Assembly (NCBI GenBank): GCA_963771045.1
Contig: CAVYRW010000004.1
Coordinates: forward strand, 288,001 to 352,000
Direction: 5' to 3'
From: Waddliaceae bacterium
GTDB taxonomy: Bacteria > Chlamydiota > Chlamydiia > Chlamydiales > SLFE01
Length of the DNA: 64,000 nucleotides
In this document: piece by piece, positions 50,864-59,362 of the stretch
Layout: each line of letters opens with the position of its first letter
Position numbering within the stretch: position 1 is the stretch's first letter
Position numbers and translations under genes: made by a program
The notes under the pieces: generated by a model
Told to the model about the DNA's origin: nothing
The model's database searches: none
Seen by the model: the letters and a program-made list of their open reading frames with translations, nothing else

Positions 50864-52447
50864 TTAAATAACGCAGCCCTTGGAAAGGTGTTGAAGTTGT
50901 GAATAGGTGCCCTGCATTTGCACAGTGAAAATCTCTTTAGGCAGATACAGTTTTTTTGTTGCGTTGCAGCGGATTTGCATTAACTGAAGGTCAAGGTAGA
51001 GCCCAAGATCTCCGGCAAAGGAGACAGTCGTTTTTTCATTATGGCAGACATGTCTGATTTGGTTGACAAGTTCCAACCTTAAGTCTCCTTTGTGTCCGGA
51101 AAAATCCAGGCATATGAGGATCTCCGGAGACAGAGTTTTGAGTAAAGACAGAAGGCCGTGATAGCCGAGGCAGTCGGGCAGGTATTTGTTTTGCTTAAAA
51201 TCGTCTTCGGTCGTATAGCCGACTCCAGCCAGCAGTACCTGGCATCCTTCGAGGTGCGGAGCCAGAAGCGGTGAAAATGGGCATCCGGAAACATAGCCCA
51301 GTTTAAGCGGGGCTTGTTTTTTGTCGAGTTCCAAAGTGATGCCCAATGTATTCCTTTTTTTATCATCCCTTGCCCCTGGGCAGGCGGAAAAATATTTCAG
51401 AACGATTCCATCATCTAGTGGAAGGGTTTCAATATCGGAAGAATCGACAAAGATTTCCAGAGGGTGAACCATATGCCTCTCTTCCTTGTACTGTGGCTGG
51501 AGTAAAGAAGAAACCTCTTGAAAGACCTGGCTGTTGATATAATACCGGATTTTGTGTCTCGAAGGACAAAGCTCATTGAGCCTCTCATTGAGAAGATAAA
51601 TTGAAAGCAGATCCTGATAACTTTCCGGATTGCACCTTGTGACGATGACATAATCAACGTCTTGTACTAGATAGCCCGCCTCATGAAAATGATCCAAAAA
51701 ACGGCGTCCCGGGTTGATGACGATTCCTTTATTTTTCCATCTTATGAAAAGCCCTGTGGGGGCATGCTTCAACCTGTCGGAGTGGAGGATATTTTTTAAT
51801 GCGGAGCCCGGATGCAGAGGAGCTTCCCAGCCGTTTAACAATGTGAGAAAATGCTCTTTGGGAGTCTCTCTGCCATCGAGAAGTTGTTGATAATGTTCGG
51901 TAACCTTTGCCTTAGTTTCTTCAAATTGTTTGAGCTTGTTTTCGATTTGGGTTTTTCTGGATGAAGAGGGAGGGGCCGGACTCTCTGCCGGAATACTTGG
52001 CAATGGCTCTTCTTCTAAAAACAGAGAAGGAGGTGAATGATCTTTAAAAATGTCTTTAAGCTCATTTGTTTCCGGAGATAATTTGCCTAGGATATAAGCT
52101 GTGGCTTTGTCATTTGGAATCATCGCCAGAGCTTTTTTGGCATAGGCAACGCCTTTTTCCCGCTCGCCTAGTTTTTCGGACAAATATGCAGAAGCGCGGT
52201 AACAGAAAAATTGAAAATGAGGAACGCTTTTAGCTTTCAGATAGTATTGAATGGCTTTTTCATAATCATCTTGCCAAAACGCTTTTTCTCCGCAAAATAA
52301 ATGTTTGATGTCTTCATTTTGGCCGCATTGGCCGGAAAAGGAGTCAATGATTTGGAAAATGCGGGGATTCTTGTCAGCTGGCTGATAGATTTCTTGTACA
52401 GAGTTGATATACTGGCTTAGCAAGTCATTCAATCCCATAAATCTCAT
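50864..52447 (-). CDS. TPR protein with degenerate metallo-beta-lactamase-like C-terminal domain
   Basis: TPR-like helices (YEKAIQYYLKA, AKKALAMIPND); VINPG...DYVIVTRCNPES where HxHxDH would be. Confidence 0.6.
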   Translation of the reverse strand: MRFMGLNDLLSQYINSVQEIYQPADKNPRIFQIIDSFSGQCGQNEDIKHLFCGEKAFWQDDYEKAIQYYLKAKSVPHFQFFCYRASAYLSEKLGEREKGVAYAKKALAMIPNDKATAYILGKLSPETNELKDIFKDHSPPSLFLEEEPLPSIPAESPAPPSSSRKTQIENKLKQFEETKAKVTEHYQQLLDGRETPKEHFLTLLNGWEAPLHPGSALKNILHSDRLKHAPTGLFIRWKNKGIVINPGRRFLDHFHEAGYLVQDVDYVIVTRCNPESYQDLLSIYLLNERLNELCPSRHKIRYYINSQVFQEVSSLLQPQYKEERHMVHPLEIFVDSSDIETLPLDDGIVLKYFSACPGARDDKKRNTLGITLELDKKQAPLKLGYVSGCPFSPLLAPHLEGCQVLLAGVGYTTEDDFKQNKYLPDCLGYHGLLSLLKTLSPEILICLDFSGHKGDLRLELVNQIRHVCHNEKTTVSFAGDLGLYLDLQLMQIRCNATKKLYLPKEIFTVQMQGTYSQLQHLSKGCVI

Positions 52448-52482
52448 TATATTTTTTGTTTCATTAAGCTGCAATCTTGAAC

Positions 52483-52571
52483 GTAGGCATTCGGCAATCT
52501 ACGCCCTTGGATAACTTGCGGCGGCTTTGGTCTGCTTCGTTTTTCAAAGGCGTATCTCACCGAACGCTTAC
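52483..52571. mobile_element. MITE-like element, copy 2 (internally deleted)
   Basis: shares GATAACTTGCGG.GGCTTTGGTCTGCTTCG and the TIR pattern with 43307..43466; perfect 8-bp direct repeat TCTTGAAC at 52475 and 52572. Confidence 0.8.
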
Positions 52572-52610
52572 TCTTGAACATTAATATAAGAAAAGGGATG
52601 ATAGCTGCTT

Positions 52611-53771
52611 ATGGCTAAGAAATTTTTACCCTACGCAAGACAATCCATTAACGCCGATGATATCAAGGCTGTCGGCAAGGCTCTAAAATCGGATATCATC
52701 ACTCGGGGGCCGCTTGTCGATGAGTTCGAAAGGGCCATAGCGGATTATTGCGGCGCCTCTCATGCTGTCGCCTTTAACAGCGGGACATCGGCGCTCGATG
52801 CCGCGTCCTTTGCCGCAAACATCGAGCCTCATGACCGCGTTATTACGACTCCGAATACTTTTGTCGGAACAATCACCGGTTCGATCAAGCGGGGGGCGGC
52901 GCCTATTTTTGTCGACATTGACTCTCAGACAGGAAATATCGACTTAGACCAGCTCGAGCTGAATATCAACCGCCCTTCCAGCAGGGGGAAAGAAGTGATA
53001 CTCCCGGTCCATTTTGCGGGGATAGCCGTTGATATGGAGCGGATATCGCAGACGATCAGTAAACCCGATACCATCGTCATCGAAGATGCCGCCCATGCTT
53101 TAGGGTCTGCATATCCGGACGGCAGAAGGGTCGGGTGTTCAGAGTGGAGCGATATGACAGTCTTCAGCTTTCATCCGGCCAAGCATATCACAACCGGAGA
53201 AGGGGGCATGGTTCTCACCAACAGCGAAAATTTCTGCAAGCGGCTTCTTCTCTACCGCGACAATGGAATCACGAGAAGCGAAGATGATCCGGATCCCTGG
53301 ATGTATCGTGTTGCCGAGATAACGGGCAACTATAATTTCACCGATATTCAAGCAGCCTTAGGGCTCAGCCAGTTTAGTCGGCTGGAGGAAAATAGCGAAA
53401 AGAGGCGGCAAATCGTGAAAGCTTATCGGGAGGAGCTGAAAGGCATCGATCATATCGATCTTTTCCCTGAAGAGTACGACAGCCTGACTTCCTATCACTT
53501 ATTTGTCCTTCGCATCAATTTTGAAGAGTATGGGGTTTCCAGAAGCGAGGTGATGAACCGGTTGAAGGAAAAGGGGATCGGAACCCAGGTCCACTATATT
53601 CCCCTCTACCACCACCCTTTTATGAAAGGGAAAGATCTGTCTCCCTATTTTCCTAATACGGAAGAGTATTACGCAAAAGCCTTAACATTGCCTCTTTTCA
53701 GCCGGATGGAGGAAAAAGATGTCTCCAATGTCGCGGGCGCTCTCAAGAAAATCCTCAAAGCCAATCATTAA
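52611..53771 (+). CDS. pseC: PseC-type DegT/DnrJ sugar aminotransferase
   Basis: LPYARQSI, NSGTSAL, EDAAHALG, FSFHPAKHITTGEGG, GTQVHYIP. Confidence 0.82.
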   Translation: MAKKFLPYARQSINADDIKAVGKALKSDIITRGPLVDEFERAIADYCGASHAVAFNSGTSALDAASFAANIEPHDRVITTPNTFVGTITGSIKRGAAPIFVDIDSQTGNIDLDQLELNINRPSSRGKEVILPVHFAGIAVDMERISQTISKPDTIVIEDAAHALGSAYPDGRRVGCSEWSDMTVFSFHPAKHITTGEGGMVLTNSENFCKRLLLYRDNGITRSEDDPDPWMYRVAEITGNYNFTDIQAALGLSQFSRLEENSEKRRQIVKAYREELKGIDHIDLFPEEYDSLTSYHLFVLRINFEEYGVSRSEVMNRLKEKGIGTQVHYIPLYHHPFMKGKDLSPYFPNTEEYYAKALTLPLFSRMEEKDVSNVAGALKKILKANH

Positions 53772-54314
53772 AATATAAATTTGATTGCTTGCAAACAGGG
53801 TTTGAATAATGACAAAAATTCAGTATGCAATTTTTTTATTAACGGTGTTCCTTTTTACTAGTCATCTAAGTGCGATTCCACAACAGCCTTCAATTACTGT
53901 TAACCAATGTTATACAACTAAAGAAGCTGTTTTTTTGCTAGTCGGTACACGCTGGCTTAGTGCAGAAGCTGTAAATTTTACAACAGATGGGATTTGTTCT
54001 TTACTTTGAAAGTAAGCCAGTTTGCTTAATTAGCTTTTGGCAAGAGGATGATTCCACTGCAAAATTTAAAGAAGGCTGGGATGTCTATAAGAAGTATGAG
54101 AAATTTTTTCCCCATGAGAACTATATTTTTGATGAGTGTAAAAGGAATGTATCTTCTAAGTTGGCCGTACATATTAATCTTATAAATAAAAAAGGATTAG
54201 TTGAGTGTATAGAAAAGTATTCAAATATTTTTAAGGATGTGTTGCATCGAGAGGCGTTGTTGCATAAATCACCACTGAGACCACCGAGCTCACTGAGAGA
54301 TTATGAGAGAGGAA

Positions 54315-54722
54315 TTAAATGATTAGACGCCTAATCCCATTTTTTAGAAGTTTTACATTGAAATTGATGAGCAAACCTCTGCCACCACCATTATGCTTAA
54401 GATAGGATAGAAGTTGGGCCTCATGAACAGGCAAGAGATTGGCCACAGATTTTATCTCCAAAATAACCTTATCTTCCACTATCATATCGATCCGGTAGCC
54501 TGAGTCTAGCTTTTTATCACGATAAATAATAGGTACTGGTATCTGCCGGTTAACTTTCAAACCCGCAAGGTTCAACTCGTAGCAAAGACAAGTTTCGTAT
54601 GTCGATTCAAGCAAGCCTGGACCTAATCTTCGATGAACTTCAATCGCAGCACCTATGATTTCCCCTGTTAAAAGGTCATTTCTTTTTTGGTTGGCTTCTT
54701 CAGTTGTGTGGGTACTAGTCAT
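54315..54722 (-). CDS. GxxExxY protein (PD-(D/E)XK nuclease-like)
   Basis: EVHRRLGPGLLESTYE, RIDMIVE, LEIKSV, AQLLSYL, GLLINF. Confidence 0.92.
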   Translation of the reverse strand: MTSTHTTEEANQKRNDLLTGEIIGAAIEVHRRLGPGLLESTYETCLCYELNLAGLKVNRQIPVPIIYRDKKLDSGYRIDMIVEDKVILEIKSVANLLPVHEAQLLSYLKHNGGGRGLLINFNVKLLKNGIRRLII

Positions 54723-54806
54723 CTTTTCTCCAAAAAGGGCGAATGCGAGCTTGCCGACAAATACCTAATACTCTAATTTTTAGTTGCAACAAATTGGAGG
54801 ATCAAG

Positions 54807-55751
54807 ATGAAGGCAAAATATCGCATTCGCAACTGGAACGACTATAACAAATCTCTTATTCAAAGGGGAAGCATAACTGTTTGGTTTTCTGAAGATGCTA
54901 TCAATAAGTGGATGGCTCCAAAAGAAATAGGAAAAAAGGGGCGTCCAAAACTCTATTCTGATGACGCTATTCTCACCGCGCTCATTATTCGATCGGTTTT
55001 TCATCTTCCATTGAGAGCACTCGAAGGATTTTTGACATCTCTTGTTATGATTTTATCTGTTGGTTTATCGATTCCTTCTTATACTCAAATTTGTCGGAGA
55101 GCTAAGTTGTTGGGGCAAGAGTTGAAGAAACTTTCGAAAAAAAAAGTCACCAATATTGTAATCGATTCAACCGGTTTGAAAGTGTACGGAGAGGGTGAAT
55201 GGAAAGTTAGGCAGCATGGAATCAGTAAAAGGCGAACATGGAGAAAGCTCCATCTGGCAGTCTGCCCTGACTCTCACGAAATTATTTTCGAAATTCTTAC
55301 TGAAAATAACGTTGCAGATTGTGAAGTGTATCCAAAACTTCTCGAGGTAATGCCGAAATCAGTTAAGCGCACATATGGAGATGGGGCTTATGATACTAAG
55401 CGATGCTATGCTGCAAATGTAGTTCACGGCTCAATTCCTATTATTCCACCCAATAGGAATGCTGTTTTTCGAGAAAACATATCTCCTTCTTGGAAGATGC
55501 GGAATATCAGTTTGCTGGAAATTTCAGGTTTAGGAGGTGATGATGATGCAAGAAAATTATGGAAAAAGTTGAAAGGTTATCATCGTCGATCACTTGCAGA
55601 AACAGCCATGTTTAGATTTAAACGATTCTTTGGAAATGATTTAAGAAGTAGAACTCTGGAAACCCAAAGGGCTGAATCAAGGGCAAAATGTGAAGCACTA
55701 AATATAATGACAAAGCTGGGAATGCCTGAAAGTGAATTAATAGCAGCTTAA
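54807..55751 (+). CDS. IS5 family (IS903 group) DDE transposase, apparently intact
   Basis: NWNDYNKSLIQRGS, IDSTGLKVYGEGEW, GDGAYD, YHRRSLAETAM; GGAGG RBS. Confidence 0.93.
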   Translation: MKAKYRIRNWNDYNKSLIQRGSITVWFSEDAINKWMAPKEIGKKGRPKLYSDDAILTALIIRSVFHLPLRALEGFLTSLVMILSVGLSIPSYTQICRRAKLLGQELKKLSKKKVTNIVIDSTGLKVYGEGEWKVRQHGISKRRTWRKLHLAVCPDSHEIIFEILTENNVADCEVYPKLLEVMPKSVKRTYGDGAYDTKRCYAANVVHGSIPIIPPNRNAVFRENISPSWKMRNISLLEISGLGGDDDARKLWKKLKGYHRRSLAETAMFRFKRFFGNDLRSRTLETQRAESRAKCEALNIMTKLGMPESELIAA

Positions 55752-55863
55752 ATCAAATCTCTCATATTCTCTCTGTGCGCTCTTGTGAGCTCTGTGGTTA
55801 ATTACGCAACAAAGCCGCATCGAGATGTCGATGGGAACAAATTTTTAAAAGAGATCGAAAATG

Positions 55864-57261
55864 GAGGATGTCCCGTTTTTAGTTGAAATTCGGTGACTCC
55901 ATATACCAGTTTACGCAACCTTTGTTTTTATTTCACTCTGAATTCGGATTATCCTTTCCCTTACCTCTTCGATTGAAAAATATCCTTTAACTTTTCGAAA
56001 TCTTTTTTCTGCATCCAAGAGGGTTGTCCCCAACTATCTTTGCGCCATTTTACCCTTTGTTTGAATACGAGTTATACGGCCCATACGCCGGCTTGTATTT
56101 GAGAACACTGATTCAATCGGATTTGTGGAATGCAGTGTCTTCCTCAAACGAGGAGGCACTTTTAAACAATGCACCGTGAGGAGTTCTTCAAAACACTCAC
56201 GGAGAGATTCCGCTGCAGATGGGTTGATTGTTTCAAGCCAACTCTCCAATTTCTTGAGTTCATTCTTAGCATCTTCATACTCAAGGCAATTTATTGCATT
56301 TCGGAAGCGATGATGCGCTTCTTTTCGATATTTTTTGGGAAGATGCTTTTGGATATTTCTGTCTTTATGAAATCGTACATCTTTGATGTATAAGTAATTT
56401 CCCAAACCTATCCTTCAGAGCCTTAATGATCCCTTTTCCTCCATCGGTTATAAAAAGTATTTTCTCATCAAGCTTTAGTCCTCTGCGGTCGAGATTGTTC
56501 AACAGCTCTTGACAAATCACATTATTCTCAGTTGCACCTTCCCAAAAACCAAGAGAATGCTTATTTCCTTCAAGATCAATTGCCATTGCCACAATAAAAA
56601 CTTTTCCTGCCAGATGATAACCATCAATGAGGATAGCGAAGGGAGAAAAACTGCTTAAATCTCTATCTTTTAATTCTTTAAGCTGTTTACTTGTCGCCGC
56701 TTTCAAATGCCGTGAAACAGAGGATTTAGAAATACCGAAGTGGTCAAGCAAACCGTCCAGCGCACCCTCATACTCCCTGCAAGAGATCCCCTTTAAAGCT
56801 TTTTCTAAGAGATCATCAGAAAATCTATCCTTATTATTTAGTTCCTGATATACAGAGAGTTGGACTTCCTTTTTATCCTTCCGCAAACGTGGCTTTTTTA
56901 CTTTTAATTTTTCTCCTCCCACATAAACAGAACCCGCCTGGGATCCCCATTTCTCCCATCCGGGCAGTGGATCGTATTTAGGCCCGGCAAGCATTTCTCT
57001 TTCTGAAGAAAAAAGAAACTCGATCAAGCATTTCTTTAAGGAAATAAAAAACTGATCGAAATCGTCCTTAGCAGCTCCAATGAGATAAGCAATTTTCTCT
57101 TCGGGGCATGCAAATGAGAGAAGATCTGTTGATTTATTCTGTGATGTGCGACTATTCATCTTGTGGCTCCTTTGTTTTTTTGTTTTTTGTCAAAATTACA
57201 TATTGACTATAGGAGCCACCTCTTTTCAAGATAAAATTTCAACTAATTTTGGGACATTCTC
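55864..57261 (-). mobile_element. IS256-family insertion sequence
   Basis: TIRs GAGGATGTCCCGTTTTTAGTTGAAATT / GAGAATGTCCCAAAATTAGTTGAAATT; 9-bp TSD TCGAAAATG at 55855 and 57262. Confidence 0.9.
55911..57159 (-). pseudogene. IS256 transposase with a frameshift (~56370) and an in-frame TAG (56034)
   Basis: GISKSSVSR, ILIDG, ITDGGKG, QRCTI/HKDRN, STNPIES; reading continues past TAG as LGTTLLDAEKRFRKVKGY. Confidence 0.88.
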
Positions 57262-57675
57262 TCGAAAATGGCAGGCATCTCATTGATTTAATCGAGGACA
57301 ATGATATTCTTCTTGGGATTCTTTTAGGTTATGGTGAAGAGTCATCGAAGCTCTATTATAGAAAGCAGATCGAATCCAAGGAAGATGTGGCACTTGATAT
57401 CCCTTATATAACGATAACATCGGAAAATGTTAATGGGATAGAAATATGCCCTGTTGCGTTTAAAGGAAATGCTCATTCGAAAGAGGTTAAAAAGATTTAT
57501 TCGAAGTTCCACAATGAGTGGAAGTTGTTTTGGGAATTTTATCTTGAGAAAAATCAGGATTCAATGAACTTTTTCCTTGAACCCTTTTGCAAATAGCGGT
57601 TCTGCAGAGCAACATTAGTAGCTGCCGCCAGTTATGATGGCGGTCAAAAAAAATGGTGGAAATTTCCGGGTTAAT

Positions 57676-58293
57676 TCATTCATAAAACTTGTTATCGAAT
57701 GGCACTTGCCCGAAATTGTTAATCCTTTTGAACGGAATCTCAAAACCGATAGTGATATGAAAATCATGTCTATCGATAAGAGGCGAAAGGCCATAGTCGA
57801 CTCTCAACTTCTCTAGTTCTTCGGATTCAACAGCCAGCACCCATCGGTAGCCGGTAACAACATCTATGTAGTTATTAGGGCTTGATTTCAACTGCCCCCA
57901 GCTAGTTATCACTCTCAACTCTGTTACCTGAAAAGTATAGGAATTGCCAATATCGTTTTCTATCCCCTCGGCTATTTCTGTATCTTTGACAACTGTAATG
58001 TGGGCTCCTTCTTCCTTTCCAAATGAATTGGTAGGCCTGAGATGTCCGTCTAGGATCAAGTTGGGAAACAACTTTGTCAAATAGTCGTTTGAAACATCCA
58101 AGTAAACATAGCCGTTGCCTTTCATCTTTAAGACCCCTGTCATGGGAAGGGTTTTGGCAATCTCAAGCACATGAGCTTGGGTTTGGTCAATGTTAAAGTC
58201 TTTGACGGGCTCTTCGTGTATACCTGAAGAGAGTGAAAAAACAGCCGTACAAGTGAATATTAATGAGAAGAAAATATTTTTATTAATTGTCAT
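57676..58293 (-). CDS. exported 2H phosphoesterase-family protein
   Basis: signal-peptide-like N-terminus; two HxT motifs, GAHITVV and DFHITIG. Confidence 0.72.
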   Translation of the reverse strand: MTINKNIFFSLIFTCTAVFSLSSGIHEEPVKDFNIDQTQAHVLEIAKTLPMTGVLKMKGNGYVYLDVSNDYLTKLFPNLILDGHLRPTNSFGKEEGAHITVVKDTEIAEGIENDIGNSYTFQVTELRVITSWGQLKSSPNNYIDVVTGYRWVLAVESEELEKLRVDYGLSPLIDRHDFHITIGFEIPFKRINNFGQVPFDNKFYE

Positions 58294-58414
58294 AAAAAAT
58301 CCTTTTTAGTTAACTATACTTAATATTATTTTATTTGTAAATAAAAAGGTTTTTATTTATGAGCAGTTGTAAAGGTTGTAATAAATTTTTAATTATCGAA
58401 AGTTGGCCGAATAC

Positions 58415-58837
58415 TTACGCTTTTTTCTTCTTTTTTTTGGGTGGGGAGAAGGCCAGGATTAGGGCCGCGGCGTTGCTGGCAACGGCGGGGTTTTTGTCTT
58501 TCTGGAGGATTTCCGCAAGCTTTACACCTTCCTCGGATCTTCCGGCCATGAAGAGCGCTTTGCACAAATTGATGAGTGCGGGAGTGTGGTCGCCTTCTAG
58601 TTTCAGGGCGTTTTCCAAAGCCTTGACGGCCTCGTTGGGCTGGTCGATTTCGACATAGATGGCGCCGAGCATTTGGGCATCGTAGATATTTTCGGGATCG
58701 AGAATGACCAGAGCCTTAAAAAGGTCGAGGGCAATGTCGTACTTGCCCTGTCTGATATAAGCATAGCCTGTAAAACGGAGTTCTTCAAGATGGTCGTCAT
58801 TCCACCCTAGTTTTTCCATCCAGTTGATTTTATCCAT
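58415..58837 (-). CDS. TPR protein, SycD/LcrH-like type III secretion chaperone (chlamydial CT274-like)
   Basis: tandem TPRs; GYAYIRQGKYDIA; recalled synteny near rsmH. Confidence 0.7.
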   Translation of the reverse strand: MDKINWMEKLGWNDDHLEELRFTGYAYIRQGKYDIALDLFKALVILDPENIYDAQMLGAIYVEIDQPNEAVKALENALKLEGDHTPALINLCKALFMAGRSEEGVKLAEILQKDKNPAVASNAAALILAFSPPKKKKKKA

Positions 58838-58849
58838 AGCTTCGAAGCG

Positions 58850-59293
58850 TTATCCTTGTAAGAGCTGCCCGGCCCTTCCTATAATATAACCTAACCACTC
58901 ATTTATTGTGCGCAGTTGCTTGATGCATTGTTTAAGGGTCTCTTTTTCTTCCTTGGTTTCAGGGGTTTGACAGTTGACCGAGTTAAGGATTTCTTCATCC
59001 TCATCTTCGTCAGAGCCTATGGACGGGGAAATCTTTGCCCGTGTGAAGGGAGATCTGCGGGTGAATCTGAAGTTTTTCGGAGGATAAAAATACGCCCATG
59101 GCGCATAAGATCTTACCACGCCGAGCAATAAATCGAGTTCCGACAACTTCGGGGCCACATCGGTGACCGACGTTTGCGGGGGTATGGAAGAGGCCTCATC
59201 GAGATGATATTGCTGCTTTACGCTCTCGACGTACTGAGTGCGTCTGGCGTATTGAATATAAACGCCTAAATCTAATTTATCAATAGTAGCCAT
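58850..59293 (-). CDS. chlamydial hypothetical protein (CT273-like)
   Basis: IQYARR, WAYFYPP, C-terminal LLQG; upstream of the TPR chaperone gene on the same strand. Confidence 0.7.
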   Translation of the reverse strand: MATIDKLDLGVYIQYARRTQYVESVKQQYHLDEASSIPPQTSVTDVAPKLSELDLLLGVVRSYAPWAYFYPPKNFRFTRRSPFTRAKISPSIGSDEDEDEEILNSVNCQTPETKEEKETLKQCIKQLRTINEWLGYIIGRAGQLLQG

Positions 59294-59362
59294 AAAACCC
59301 CTCTTTCAATTCAATTATATCAGATTTTGACTTTTTTATCGAAGTTGGCTCATTATAGGAGC

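Larger units (their letters stand above)
54253..55816. mobile_element. IS5-family (IS903 group) element carrying a GxxExxY passenger gene
   Basis: TIRs GGCGTTGTTGCATAAATC / GGCTTTGTTGCGTAATTA extending to ~59 bp; 9-bp TSD GCATCGAGA at 54244 and 55817. Confidence 0.9.
53809..57596 (+). pseudogene. hypothetical gene interrupted by two IS elements, with a frameshift or fusion near 53990
   Basis: removing both elements and one copy of each TSD joins ...KDVLHR|DVDGNKFLKEIENG|RHLIDLIEDNDILLGILLGYG... in one frame. Confidence 0.85.

Noticed and set aside
57249..57596. Independent 115-aa gene
   Set aside because: Its TTG start lies inside the IS256 terminal repeat; it is the 3' half of the interrupted gene.
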